From positions 2,729,504 through 2,793,503 of the forward strand of contig OZ241328.1 of the NCBI GenBank assembly GCA_965199995.1: 64,000 nucleotides of DNA, written 5' to 3'. Below are positions 11,229 through 20,961 of this stretch, one piece after another. A program made the translations under genes and the position numbers. The notes below the pieces were generated by a model. That model was not told the origin of the DNA, did no database searches, and saw nothing but the letters and a program-made list of their open reading frames with translations. The stretch is from Dehalococcoidia bacterium. Its GTDB lineage: Bacteria; Chloroflexota; Dehalococcoidia; Lucifugimonadales; UBA3495. Within the stretch, counting starts at the first letter, position 1. Each line of letters begins with the position of its first letter.

Positions 11229-12118
11229 AGGCGTCCGCCCAGGGCGACGGCTATCACCCCCGCCACCGTCACCATCGTCCCGAGGGTCAGCCGCAGGGTT
11301 ATCTGCTCCAGCCGGGCAATGAAGATGTGCGCCAGCAACAGAGTCCACAACGGAAAGGTCGCCAGTATCGGCGCAACCACCACCACGTCGGCCCTCTGCA
11401 CCGCGAATATCTGAGCCACGATGGACACCGTCGTGCTAAGGCCGGAGAGACAGACGAAGCCCATGGGCTTCCAGTCAAATGCCCGGACAGCCGGATTTCG
11501 GAGAGTGATAATCCCCACAGCCGGAATAACTATGACCATGGCGGCCAGCATACCCAGGACCGAAATCGCCAGCGGCGAGGCATAGGCGCTAACGGCCTGT
11601 TTCGCCAGCACTGTGCTCGCGCCCGTGGCGGCTCCCGCCGTCAGACCGGCAATACATCCCAGGAGATAGCGGCGGTCCGTTCGCCAGCCTTGGGTCAGCG
11701 AGTCGCCGCTGGCCAGCAGCAACCCCAGCATCACGGCCGCCGTTCCCGCTCCTACCAGCGACCCCAGGGACTCTCCGGTGAAGGCTACGGCGAAGAACGC
11801 GGCAAAGGGAACCTGCGTGGATATGAACAGCGATACCCGCGCCGCCCCGATTATGCTCATGCTGGTATAGGCCGAGGAACGGCCAACGGCGAACTGCACC
11901 AGCCCGAAGGATACTATCCAAAGCAACGCCGTTTGCGGAACGGCAAACAGGGCGGAGGGATCTAGAATCAACGCTATGGCGCCTACGCCCACGAAACCGA
12001 CTCCGAGGGCAACCCCGATGACCGCAATGGGATGAACTCCCGTCATCCCGGCCCGGCCCGACACAGCTCCGCTGCCGAGAGCGATGGCAGACAACAGCGA
12101 GAGACCTACGGCTGCCAT
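11225..12118 (-). CDS. EamA/DMT-family transporter
   Basis: 297 aa and polytopic, with two EamA-like halves. It is translationally coupled to the downstream paralog. Confidence 0.85.
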   Translation of the reverse strand: MAAVGLSLLSAIALGSGAVSGRAGMTGVHPIAVIGVALGVGFVGVGAIALILDPSALFAVPQTALLWIVSFGLVQFAVGRSSAYTSMSIIGAARVSLFISTQVPFAAFFAVAFTGESLGSLVGAGTAAVMLGLLLASGDSLTQGWRTDRRYLLGCIAGLTAGAATGASTVLAKQAVSAYASPLAISVLGMLAAMVIVIPAVGIITLRNPAVRAFDWKPMGFVCLSGLSTTVSIVAQIFAVQRADVVVVAPILATFPLWTLLLAHIFIARLEQITLRLTLGTMVTVAGVIAVALGGRL

Positions 12119-12189
12119 CTCTTTCTCGTTGCCCTATTTCTCGTTGCCGAAACCGGCAATTCCGTCTTCCGGCGCAATCCCCTTCTCCC

Positions 12190-12536
12190 TATACGCGCTA
12201 TATGCGACAATATCGGGTGGCGAAAGGAACCTGCGCCGATATGAACGGGGCGGTACGGGAAACCCCAATGACGCTCCCGGCGAAGTAACCCAGCGAGCGC
12301 CCAGCCGGGAAATGCGCTACTCCCATCGCCAGGATCCAAGGTCAGACCGCCCGCGGGATTTCGCCGAAGGCAGAGTAGGCGAAGGACAAGGCCGCAATCA
12401 ACACGGCCGCAAAGCCGATAACTAAAGAAACGCCGATGGTAGGGTAGGGATGAACGCCGGGCATGGCGCCCTGGGCGGAAACCGCGCCGCCGCCCAGACC
12501 GATGGACGCCAACAGGGATAGAGCAAGGGCCGCCAT
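12190..12536 (-). pseudogene. Truncated and frameshifted third EamA paralog
   Basis: ORF 12342..12536 (MAALALSLLASIGLGGGAVS...) aligns to the N-terminus of the 11225..12118 protein. After a frameshift, LAMGVAHFPAGRSLGYFAGSVIGVSRTAPFISAQVPFA aligns to its FAVGRSSAYTSMSIIGAARVSLFISTQVPFA segment. The similarity then ends. Confidence 0.6.
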
Positions 12537-12544
12537 TGAAGGGT

Positions 12545-13297
12545 TTAATTCCGTACGATAGCCTCAGGATTACCGCCTGCCCCCGGCCTGTCGAAGGACG
12601 CTTTGTCATTGGATACGCTGTCAATAATCGACTGGAAAATCAGCGCCCCGTCCGCGCTCCCCAGCAGAACCTCGCAACTACGCTCCGGGTGCGGCATCAT
12701 ACCCAGCACATTGCCCGCCTCGTTTATGATGCCGGCAATGTTGTTGGACGAGCCGTTGGGGTTGGCCGCATCGGTAACCTCCCCGGCGGGGGCGCAGTAG
12801 CGGAACAGCACCCGCCCCTCGCGCTCCAGCATCGCCAGCGTTTCGGCGTCGGCGAAATAGTTACCCTCGCCATGGGATATAGGCACCTGTAGCCGTTGAC
12901 CGGCAGCGCAGGCGGCGGTGAAACGGGTATCGGCCCGCTCCACGCGCAGGGTGGTCCACTGGCAGCGGTACTCTAATTGGCGGTTAGCCCGCAATGCCCC
13001 GGGCAACAGCCCGGCCTCGCACAGAATCTGGAAGCCGTTGCATATCCCGATAACGGCGCCGCCGGCCTCCGCGAAGCCGTAGAGCGCCTCCATCACCGGC
13101 GAGAAGCGGGCCATCGCCCCCGGCCGCAGGTAGTCGCCATAGGAGAAGCCCCCTGGCAGAATCACGCAGTCAAACCCGTCCAGCGAAACGTCCTTGTGCC
13201 AGACGTATTCCGCCTGCTGTCCCAACACGCCGCTCACCGCATAGTGGCAGTCTCCGTCGCTCCAAGTTCCGGGGAACCGAAGAATAGCGAAACGCAT
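12545..13297 (-). CDS. purQ: Phosphoribosylformylglycinamidine synthase, glutaminase subunit
   Basis: 250 aa. N-terminus MRFAIL.FPG. Motifs LPGGFSYGDYLR and GICNGFQ (catalytic Cys) and the HPE triad end are present. Confidence 0.92.
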   Translation of the reverse strand: MRFAILRFPGTWSDGDCHYAVSGVLGQQAEYVWHKDVSLDGFDCVILPGGFSYGDYLRPGAMARFSPVMEALYGFAEAGGAVIGICNGFQILCEAGLLPGALRANRQLEYRCQWTTLRVERADTRFTAACAAGQRLQVPISHGEGNYFADAETLAMLEREGRVLFRYCAPAGEVTDAANPNGSSNNIAGIINEAGNVLGMMPHPERSCEVLLGSADGALIFQSIIDSVSNDKASFDRPGAGGNPEAIVRN

Positions 13298-13427
13298 AAT
13301 GCTTGCAACTCGTGTTCTTAGGGTTTATTTTGCCCCTTCTCTTAAGGCCAAGGGGGATGGAGAGGGCAAAATTTTTTCCGTCAACGCCCCCGCCTTTTAC
13401 CGGGGAAAGCCTTTGGCCTACCCTGAA

Positions 13428-13880
13428 TTACCCTAAAGAGTCGAGAATTTCCCCGGCTAGGCGGTTCACTTCCGCGCCGTCGGCCTTGCCGCGCACCTGC
13501 GGCATCAAGCGGCCCATCACCTTGCCCCGGTCTTGGGGGCCGGTGGCGCTCACTGCGTCCACTGTTTCACGGATGAGGGCGATGATTTCCTCTCCGCTGA
13601 GCTGGGGCGGCAGGTACTCTTCCAGCACCGCCAACTCGGCGGCTTCCTTATCCGCCAGCTCGGTGCGCCCGCCATCCCGGAAGGCCCGGACGCTCTCGCG
13701 GCGGTCGTTGGCCTGCTTCGATACCACCTCGACCATGGCCTGGTCATCCAGCGTTTTCCGCCGTTCTTTCTCCACAGCCTGCACCGCGAACTTGAGAAAC
13801 CTCAAGGCGTCCACCCGCGACTGGTCCCGCTGACGCATGGAATCCCGGATGTCTTCTTCCAGCCTGTCCCTCAGCGTCAT
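13428..13880 (-). CDS. GatB/YqeY domain protein
   Basis: The ATG at 13880 gives MTLRDRLEEDIRDSMRQRD..R...LR. C-terminal KGKADG..V...V...L pattern is present. Confidence 0.85.
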   Translation of the reverse strand: MTLRDRLEEDIRDSMRQRDQSRVDALRFLKFAVQAVEKERRKTLDDQAMVEVVSKQANDRRESVRAFRDGGRTELADKEAAELAVLEEYLPPQLSGEEIIALIRETVDAVSATGPQDRGKVMGRLMPQVRGKADGAEVNRLAGEILDSLG

Positions 13881-14092
13881 AATCAGCTCCCGCTCCCAAC
13901 AAAATGAATGCGCTTCCATCCCCTGTCTATTCTAACCTTTGCAAACCCCTTCGCGCGAATGCTGGCAAGAAAAGCGCGGGTTATGTTTTTCCTCTCCTTG
14001 TAATACAATGCCCGTAATACAATGTCTATATTCAGTCTATATTCAGCAGAACTGCGAAAACGGATATATGACGGGGATGGAGGCCCGATAGC

Positions 14093-15361
14093 ATGGTCAT
14101 CGCAAACGTTAACTCGTTGGTTGACATCGACCGGGGACTGATAAGCCCCCGCATATTCAGCGAACACGCCATCTACCAGGAAGAGCTGGAGCAGATTTTC
14201 GCTCGCTGCTGGCTCTTCCTATGCCACGAAACCCAAATCCCCAACCCCGGCGATTTCTTCACCACATATATGGGCGAAGACCCTGTTCTCGTAACCCGCG
14301 ACCGCCAGGGTCGAGTCAACGCCTTCCTCAACATCTGCCGGCATCGCGGCAACCGGCTCTGCCGCGCCGAAGACGGCAACGCTTCCGCCTTCATCTGCGC
14401 TTACCACGGCTGGGCCTTCGGCGCCGACGGCAATCTGCAAGCCGTTCCCAACCTGCAAGACGCCTACTACAACGAGCTGGACCAGTCCAAATGGGGCCTC
14501 ATCCCCGTGGCTCAGCTCGATAGCTACAAGGGCCTTATCTTCGCCACTTTCGACCCCGCCGCGCCCCCGTTGCTGGACTACCTCGGCCCCATGACCTGGT
14601 ATCTGGACACCCTCTTCGACCGGCGCGAGGGCGGCAGCGAGATTGTCGGCGGCGTGCACAAATGGGTCGTGCCTTGCAATTGGAAAATGCCCGCCGAGAA
14701 CTTCGCCGGCGACGCCTACCACGTCCAGTGGTCTCACCTGTCTCCCATCCGCGCCGGGTTCAGCGTCGGCGTCACCGCCCAGCCTAAGATGAAAGGCGGC
14801 CCAGTGGCTATGGGCAACGGGCACAGTATGATTGCCGTGGGCGCAGACCAGTCCGGCGCTCCCTTGCAGATACTGAAAGATTATGAAGACGATACCCGCG
14901 AGGAACTGGAAGCGCGGCTCGGCCCCCGCGCCGCCATGCTGAACCCGATAGTAGGCACCGTCTTCCCCAACTTCTCCATCCTGCGCGGCAGCTCCCACTC
15001 CTTCCGCGTTTGGCACCCCAAGGGTCCCAACAGCGTCGAGATCTGGTCATGGGCCTTCGTTGACAAGGCCGCGCCGCCCGAGATCAGAGAGGCTGTCCGA
15101 AAGAGCGCCGTCTGGGGCTTCGGTCCCTCCGGCACCTTCGAGCAGGATGACATGGACAACTGGCAGGAATGCACTGTCACCAGCCGCGGCGTGGTCGCCC
15201 GCCGCCAGATGCTCAACTACCAGATGGGCCTCGGCCGCGAGGCATACAATCAGGACTACGAAGCCGTAATCGCCGACTTCCGGTACAGCGACAGCAACCA
15301 GCGCTTCTTCTATCAGCGTTGGAGCGATCTTATGGCCGCCGAAAGCTGGGCTGGGCTGTAG
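14093..15361 (+). CDS. Rieske aromatic-ring-hydroxylating dioxygenase, alpha subunit (copy 1)
   Basis: 422 aa. Rieske motif CRHRGNRLC...CAYHGW. Mononuclear-iron region includes DAYH. Confidence 0.9.
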   Translation: MVIANVNSLVDIDRGLISPRIFSEHAIYQEELEQIFARCWLFLCHETQIPNPGDFFTTYMGEDPVLVTRDRQGRVNAFLNICRHRGNRLCRAEDGNASAFICAYHGWAFGADGNLQAVPNLQDAYYNELDQSKWGLIPVAQLDSYKGLIFATFDPAAPPLLDYLGPMTWYLDTLFDRREGGSEIVGGVHKWVVPCNWKMPAENFAGDAYHVQWSHLSPIRAGFSVGVTAQPKMKGGPVAMGNGHSMIAVGADQSGAPLQILKDYEDDTREELEARLGPRAAMLNPIVGTVFPNFSILRGSSHSFRVWHPKGPNSVEIWSWAFVDKAAPPEIREAVRKSAVWGFGPSGTFEQDDMDNWQECTVTSRGVVARRQMLNYQMGLGREAYNQDYEAVIADFRYSDSNQRFFYQRWSDLMAAESWAGL

Positions 15362-15434
15362 CGCGGCTTCGCCTCTAGCCGCAAAAGCGGGATGCGCTCA
15401 GACCTATCCCGCCCCGCAGCGGAAAAGCAGTTCC

Positions 15435-15839
15435 ATGACAACTCGCTATATTGACCAAATAGCCGACTACCAAGCTCAAGCCGAGGAATTCCTGGCCAAG
15501 AGCCGGGAATCCTTGGCCCAACGAGACTTTCATCAAGCACCGGAAAAGGGCTGGGGCGCGGTGGCCCCCATGGATAAGGCAGTGGCGGTGGCTCAAGGCT
15601 GGGCATATGACAGCCATTCAGACTTTTCCAGCGTGCTGTATCAGGCCAGACTCTTGGCCGGCAATTCCGGCTTGCTGGGTATGCGCGCCATCGCCAGCGA
15701 ACTGCACGCCAACTACTACCGGCGTAAAAGACACTTGAACGCGGAATCCATCCGCAAGGAAATAGAGAGTATCACCGAGATGCTGGCAATTCTCCAACCG
15801 CTGACCGGCATAAACCGTAACGGTGAGGCAATCCAGTGA
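15435..15839 (+). CDS. PaREP1/HEPN-like helical protein, fourth diverged paralog
   Basis: 134 aa. Motifs FLAKSRESLAQRDFHQAPEKGWGAVAPMDKAVAVAQGW, LHANYYRRK and a C-terminal LAILQPLTG are colinear with the tandem copies at 4807-6152. Confidence 0.65.
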   Translation: MTTRYIDQIADYQAQAEEFLAKSRESLAQRDFHQAPEKGWGAVAPMDKAVAVAQGWAYDSHSDFSSVLYQARLLAGNSGLLGMRAIASELHANYYRRKRHLNAESIRKEIESITEMLAILQPLTGINRNGEAIQ

Positions 15840-16000
15840 CTCTCTAACCGGACCGCCCCTAAGTGACCGGGCCGCGGGGCGATTTCGATGAAGAAGCGCT
15901 GTCACTAGGCGGACCGCCTCTAATCGACCGGGCCGCGGCCTTCCAGAAATCTGCCATCGCCGTCGGCGCAGGAACGGCAAGGGAGCAAAACGGGGTGAAA

Positions 16001-16453
16001 ATGCAATACGCGCGATTCTTTGCGGCCTTTCTGGTCTACGCCATCATCGACATAATCTGGAACATCTTGCCCCCGGTGCTGGCGATGTACGAAAATTTCT
16101 ACGAATCCACTGGACATGATGTCCTGCGGGACCAGTTCGGCCGGCCGGTGGACGAGTGGAGCGGATTGGTGCTGCTGGCCGCCCTGGTATTCTTCCTCCT
16201 AATCGGCCTGGCTAACAGCGTGCTGGCCATCGAACCGGCCCTGCGGGAGCAAAGCCTGCTGAAAGCGGCGCGAAACAGTTTCGTGTTCGGCTGCGCCGCC
16301 TATGCCACCTACGTAGTGCCTCAGTATATGGCTACGGCAACCTGGCCCGGCGTCCTAGTTCCTATAGACATCCTCATCGGTGGTATGCTGAGTCTAATCA
16401 CGTCATCGGCCATCACTTACGGGACCCTGCGGCTGCGGCGCCGCGCAGTATGA
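16001..16453 (+). CDS. Small polytopic membrane protein (DUF2177-like)
   Basis: The ATG at 16001 has a G-rich stretch upstream. Four to five hydrophobic helices. The N-terminus ...YAIIDIIWN resembles DUF2177 as I recall it. Confidence 0.5.
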   Translation: MQYARFFAAFLVYAIIDIIWNILPPVLAMYENFYESTGHDVLRDQFGRPVDEWSGLVLLAALVFFLLIGLANSVLAIEPALREQSLLKAARNSFVFGCAAYATYVVPQYMATATWPGVLVPIDILIGGMLSLITSSAITYGTLRLRRRAV

Positions 16454-16564
16454 GGCAGAGCCGCCTTGCTCCCGGGTATCATGGATTGACGGATACCCCG
16501 AAAATTCCATAATTACAGAAATCCCGGTTCAGACATAAGAATCCATTGAAGCTAGGAGTTTCTT

Positions 16565-17833
16565 ATGGCTACGATGCAAATGGCGACCCTGGCAGACCCC
16601 GACAACGGCGTTATCAACCCTCGCATTTTCAGCGACGAGGAAATCTATCAGCAGGAACTGGAGCAGATTTTCGCCCGTTGCTGGCTCTTGCTCTGCCATG
16701 AGACCCAGATTCCCAATCCCGGCGACTTCCTCACCACCTATATGGGCGAAGACCCGGTTCTGGTAGTGCGCGACCGCTCGGGCAAGGTTGGCGCGTTTCT
16801 GAACATCTGCCGGCATCGCGGCAACCGCCTGTGCCGCGCCGACAATGGCAACGCCGCCGCCTTCATCTGCGCCTACCACGGCTGGGCTTTCAGCAACGAT
16901 GGCTCGCTCCAAGCCGTTCCCAATCTTCAGGATGCCTACTACAATGAGCTGGACCAATCCCAGTGGGGCCTCATCCCCGTGGCCCAGCTCGACATCTACA
17001 AGGGCTTGGTCTTCGCCACCTTCGACCCTAACGCTCCGCCTCTGCTGGAATACCTCGGCCCCACCACCTGGTATCTCGACGTATTCTTCGACCGGCGCGA
17101 GGGCGGCGTCGAAGTCATCGGCGGCGTTCACAAATGGCAAATCCCCGCCAACTGGAAGATGCCCGCAGAAAATTTCTGCGGCGACGGCTACCACACCGGC
17201 TGGAGCCATCTGTCCGCCGTCACCAGCGGCTTCGGCGGCAGCTTCCGCTCTCGCCCTTCCCGCGAGGGCGCGGTCATCTCCCCGGCCAACGGCCACTGCA
17301 TCGTTGGTCTTGGCCCCGACGACCCCTCCGACCCGGCCGTTCCCGAGATTCTGGCCTACGAAGAGGAAATCCGCGAGGAAGTGGCCCAACGCCTGGGGGA
17401 GCGCCTGCGCCTGATTCGCCCCCACGCCGGCACCATATTCCCCAACCTTTCCCTGCTCCGCAGCATTTCCCGCACCTTCCGCCTCTGGCAGCCCAAAGGG
17501 CCCGGCAAAACCGAAATTCAGGCGGCGGTATACGTGGACAAAGCCGCCCCACCCGCCGTTAAGGAGGCTTTCCGCATCACCGCCCTCCGCACTTTCGGGC
17601 CGTCGGGCGTGTTCGAGCAGGACGATATGGATAACTGGGAAGGATGCAGCGTTGCCGGCCGCGGCGTTGTTTCCCGCAGGCATGACCTGAACATCGGCAT
17701 GGGCCTCGGCCACGCCCGCTATGATGAGGACTTGCTCGGTTGGGCCAGCGACTATCGCCTCAGCGAAAACAACCACCGCGCCTTCTACCGCCGCTGGATC
17801 CAGCTAATGGACTCCACCGGCTGGCCGCAATAG
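16565..17833 (+). CDS. Rieske aromatic-ring-hydroxylating dioxygenase, alpha subunit (copy 2)
   Basis: 422 aa and colinear with copy 1. The Rieske motif CRHRGNRLC...CAYHGW is identical. Divergence is mainly in the C-terminal catalytic half. Confidence 0.9.
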   Translation: MATMQMATLADPDNGVINPRIFSDEEIYQQELEQIFARCWLLLCHETQIPNPGDFLTTYMGEDPVLVVRDRSGKVGAFLNICRHRGNRLCRADNGNAAAFICAYHGWAFSNDGSLQAVPNLQDAYYNELDQSQWGLIPVAQLDIYKGLVFATFDPNAPPLLEYLGPTTWYLDVFFDRREGGVEVIGGVHKWQIPANWKMPAENFCGDGYHTGWSHLSAVTSGFGGSFRSRPSREGAVISPANGHCIVGLGPDDPSDPAVPEILAYEEEIREEVAQRLGERLRLIRPHAGTIFPNLSLLRSISRTFRLWQPKGPGKTEIQAAVYVDKAAPPAVKEAFRITALRTFGPSGVFEQDDMDNWEGCSVAGRGVVSRRHDLNIGMGLGHARYDEDLLGWASDYRLSENNHRAFYRRWIQLMDSTGWPQ

Positions 17834-17871
17834 CCAAATCTTCCTGCCTAACCGTCATTCTGATTAACAAT

Positions 17872-17970
17872 CGTCCTTCCCGCGAAAGCGGGAACCCAGG
17901 AACTGCTGAGAAGAAGATAAGGCGGCCTGCCGACAACGCTTCTGGATTCCCGCGAAAGAGGGAAGGACGG
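17872..17970. repeat. Inverted pair of the dispersed palindromic repeat
   Basis: cgtccttcccgcgaaagcgggaaccc at 17872-17897. ggattcccgcgaaagagggaaggacgg at 17944-17970. Confidence 0.8.
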
Positions 17971-18010
17971 AAAACTTACGGGAATGCCGAAAATATAGAG
18001 GTAGCCTCAA

Positions 18011-18553
18011 ATGCGAGACGACACCCTGCGCGAGGTCGAGCAATTCCTGTACCGCGAAGCCAGACTGCTGGATGCTCGCAGGTTCGACGACTGGCTCGAC
18101 CTCTTGACCGAAGACCTGAAATACTGGATGCCCCTGCGCTCCAACCGCTACCCTGCCTACAGCAAGGCCATCTCCATCCTGGACGGGTCGCGCTACGAAG
18201 AGGGCGAAATCTCCGGCGAGGATGACCTGGCCATCATGGACGAAGACAAGGACTCGCTGACCCGCCGCGTCCGCCGTCTTGACACCGGCATGGCTTGGGC
18301 CGAAGACCCGCCGTCGCGTACCCGTCACTTCGTATCCAACATCGAGGTCGAGCCCGGCGGCCGGGAATCGGAGCTGAAGGTTTATTCCAACTTCATAATG
18401 TACCGCACCCGCGGCGAAACCGAGCAGGATTTCTATGTGGGCAGCCGCGAGGACATCCTTCGCCGGGAAGACGGCCAGCTCAAAGTCGCCTACCGCAAGA
18501 TAATCCTAGACCAGACCGTCCTCCTCGCCAAAAACGTCAGCAACTTCTTCTAA
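18011..18553 (+). CDS. Aromatic-ring-hydroxylating dioxygenase, beta subunit
   Basis: 180 aa. The N-terminus ...EQFLYREARLLDARRFDDWLDLLTEDLKYWMP is the classic SnoaL-fold beta-subunit opening. Confidence 0.88.
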   Translation: MRDDTLREVEQFLYREARLLDARRFDDWLDLLTEDLKYWMPLRSNRYPAYSKAISILDGSRYEEGEISGEDDLAIMDEDKDSLTRRVRRLDTGMAWAEDPPSRTRHFVSNIEVEPGGRESELKVYSNFIMYRTRGETEQDFYVGSREDILRREDGQLKVAYRKIILDQTVLLAKNVSNFF

Positions 18554-18734
18554 CCGGGCCGGGCAAGGTCAACAGGCGGTTGTAAAACTGCGTCTGCCTC
18601 TGTCATTCTGAGCGGAGCGAAGAATCCCACATCTGGCGTCAAACCCCTTCGCTTCGCTCCCTTCGCTTCGCTCAATGAGAAAAAGCGGCGCACCCAGGGC
18701 AGCGGCATAGCATATATATACTATAATCAATGCC

Positions 18735-19520
18735 ATGACTCCTAGTCGAAGAAGAAGGGAAACAACTCGCGAAGAAGCGGTTAACGGCGCCTTGGAACGG
18801 GTGTTGCGGTTACATGGCTTGAATGCCAAGGCGGAACGCCGCAGCAAGGAAGGGGCGCCCGACGCGAGAATTGAGTTGCGCAGCGGCGATTTGGTGTTGC
18901 TGGAATGCAAGTGGAAAAGCTCCGCCGGTTCATTGGACGAGCAGATTGCCGGCCGTCTGCAACAGTTCCCCGAAGCATTGGGAATCTTTGGAGTGCTTTA
19001 TCCGGAGAGGCTACACGGCGAAGATGACATCCAGGCGTCCCTATTAGCCGCCGGGGACTTGCGCTGGCGGCTGTACGGCTCCCGCGGGCAGCCGGTGACG
19101 GGAAGTCCGCTCCGCTCCGGCTCTGTGGCGGACCTGGCGGACCAGTTGCGCGTTCTCCCGCTGGAACTGGAGGGAGCCGACCGCGTTGACGCCGCTACTC
19201 AAGTTGTTGACTACGCTATTGAAAAGGCCGTTGAACCGATCAGACAGCATCGGCGCATTTCCCGTAGAATTGCGGACATAATCGCGGAAGCCGACAAAGA
19301 GAGCGACCGTATCGCCGCCCTCCGCATCGGCTGTCTTGTGCTGTTCAACGCCCTGGCTTTCCAAGACCGGCTGGCCGGGGCCGAGGAGGCACGGCGGCGG
19401 CACGAGGATGCCGGGGGCCGCGACGCCCCGGCCTTGCATAAGGCGATGGTGGAGCAGGCCATCCATGGCTACGATGTGCAGCTATCCGCCATCCAAAATG
19501 ATGCCATCGTCCGGTTCTAG
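18735..19520 (+). CDS. Hypothetical protein with an N-terminal PD-(D/E)xK-like motif, possibly a gene remnant
   Basis: PDARIEL-x8-LVLLECKW gives a D...ExK spacing. A later helical region ALRIGCLVLFNALAFQDRL follows. No family recognised with confidence. Confidence 0.4.
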   Translation: MTPSRRRRETTREEAVNGALERVLRLHGLNAKAERRSKEGAPDARIELRSGDLVLLECKWKSSAGSLDEQIAGRLQQFPEALGIFGVLYPERLHGEDDIQASLLAAGDLRWRLYGSRGQPVTGSPLRSGSVADLADQLRVLPLELEGADRVDAATQVVDYAIEKAVEPIRQHRRISRRIADIIAEADKESDRIAALRIGCLVLFNALAFQDRLAGAEEARRRHEDAGGRDAPALHKAMVEQAIHGYDVQLSAIQNDAIVRF

Positions 19521-19811
19521 GCGTATCGGATAAGCGAGCATCAGTCCAACCCTAGGTCTTTCTTGATTTTGGCAACCGGCCCTCTCCCAGTTCCTTCCTT
19601 CCGCCGGGCACCGGCAGTTTGAGTATTGTGGTCGCCCAGATGGACATTACATGCTCCCTTCCGTCCTTATGGTTCTCAAAAGGGCATCCTTGCGCTGGAA
19701 TCCACCTGCAAAGTTTGCTCAAGTTCATATCAATTGAATATGCCTTCCCGGCGTATGTTAGCATACGGAGCAAACTGCCGGGTCCAGGCGAAACGGCAAG
19801 GGAGGCAAGAC

Positions 19812-20753
19812 ATGAAGGTAGGGTTCATCGGACTGGGAACTATGGGGGCCAGCATGGCCTATAACTGCCTGCAGGGCGGCAACGAGATGGTGGTGCACGA
19901 CATCCGGCGAGAGGCGGCCACCCAACATCTTGAAGCCGGCGCGGCCTGGGCTGACTCCCCTCGGGAAGTGGCCGAAGCCTCGGAAATCGTTTTCACCTCG
20001 CTCCCCGGCCCCGTCGAGGTAGAGGCCGTGGGGCTGGGGGAAGACGGCATCCTCGAGGGGTTGAGCGAAGGCAAGGTTTACTTCGACCTCAGCACCAGCA
20101 CTCCGACTCTCATCCGGCGCATCCACGAGCAGGCCGCGGCCCGGGGAATCTCCGTGCTGGACGCGCCCGTCAGCGGCGGCCCCCGGGGCGCTGCTTCCCG
20201 CAACCTGGCCATCTGGGTGGGCGGCGATAAAGAAGTCTATGACCGCTGCAAGCCCGTGCTGGACAGCATCGGCGACAAGGCCTATTACGTTGGCCCCATC
20301 GGCTGCGGCGCCGTCGCCAAGCTGGTTCACAACTGCTCCGGCTATATCGTGCAGGCTGCCCTGGCCGAAGTGTTCACCATGGGCGTGAAAGCCGGCGTCG
20401 AGCCTCTCGCCCTCTGGCAAGCCGTACGCAAGGGCGCGCAAGGAAGGCGCGGAACCTTCGAAGGCCTAGCCGAACATCTACTGCCCGGAAAGTTCGACCC
20501 GCCCGACTTCGCCCTTCGCCTCGCCCGCAAGGATGTAGACCTCGCCGTAGGAGTGGGCCGCGAATACGACGTCCCCATGCGCCTAGCCCAACTAACCCTT
20601 CAGGAAATGACCGAGGCCATCAACCGCGGCTGGGGCCACCGCGACTCCCGCGTCGCCATGCTACTACAAGAGGAGCGGGCCGGCGTCGAAGTCCGCGTAG
20701 ACGAAGCCCTCCTAAACGCCGTCCTGGAGGAGGAGCGTCAGGCCGGCGGCTAA
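19812..20753 (+). CDS. NAD(P)-dependent 3-hydroxyisobutyrate / 6-phosphogluconate dehydrogenase-like oxidoreductase
   Basis: The ATG at 19812 follows AAGGGAGG. Rossmann motif MKVGFIGLGTMG. Motifs DAPVSGG and GAVAKL.HN are present. Confidence 0.85.
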   Translation: MKVGFIGLGTMGASMAYNCLQGGNEMVVHDIRREAATQHLEAGAAWADSPREVAEASEIVFTSLPGPVEVEAVGLGEDGILEGLSEGKVYFDLSTSTPTLIRRIHEQAAARGISVLDAPVSGGPRGAASRNLAIWVGGDKEVYDRCKPVLDSIGDKAYYVGPIGCGAVAKLVHNCSGYIVQAALAEVFTMGVKAGVEPLALWQAVRKGAQGRRGTFEGLAEHLLPGKFDPPDFALRLARKDVDLAVGVGREYDVPMRLAQLTLQEMTEAINRGWGHRDSRVAMLLQEERAGVEVRVDEALLNAVLEEERQAGG

Positions 20754-20820
20754 CCCCGCCGCATCGAGAGCCTGCCCGCGCAAGCTCCTTTCAGGCCGTA
20801 AGGGCGTCGCGCCCCCATCG

Positions 20821-20881
20821 TTCCCGCGACAGACCGCCCCCCTCGGGAAAACGGAGCGGGAAACCGGGGCGGGAATGACGG
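20821..20881. repeat. Dispersed palindromic repeat, long variant, inverted orientation
   Basis: ttcccgcgacagaccgcccccctcgggaaaacggagcgggaaaccggggcgggaatgacg. Confidence 0.7.
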
Positions 20882-20961
20882 AAGGCACTGAATTAAAAGG
20901 CCATTGCCCTGAACGGCCCCGTACCGGGCCTACTGCCCCGCCACTGGGCGGGGCGTTCCCC

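Noticed and set aside
13330-13385. The hairpin ttttgccc…gggcaaaa followed by TTTTTT, as a possible terminator for yqeY.
   Set aside because: The U-tract follows the hairpin only on the plus strand, whereas both neighbouring genes are on the minus strand. The function is unclear.
16529-17776. Long antisense or alternative-frame ORFs in the track. Examples: 16529..17776(-), 14219..15016(-), 6175..7119(+), 28666..29553(+), 31213..32325(+), 44671..45723(+), 43170..44048(-), 34246..35112(+), 10494..11414(+).
   Set aside because: Each lies entirely opposite, or out of frame with, a gene that has strong family motifs. Their translations are Arg/Pro/Gly/Ala-rich low-complexity sequence, as expected of shadow ORFs in high-GC DNA.
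19700-19790. Near-palindromes upstream of the dehydrogenase gene (catatcaattgaatatg; cgtatg-ttag-catacg) as operator sites.
   Set aside because: They are short and imperfect, and no adjacent regulator gene is present. There is not enough evidence to call a regulatory feature.
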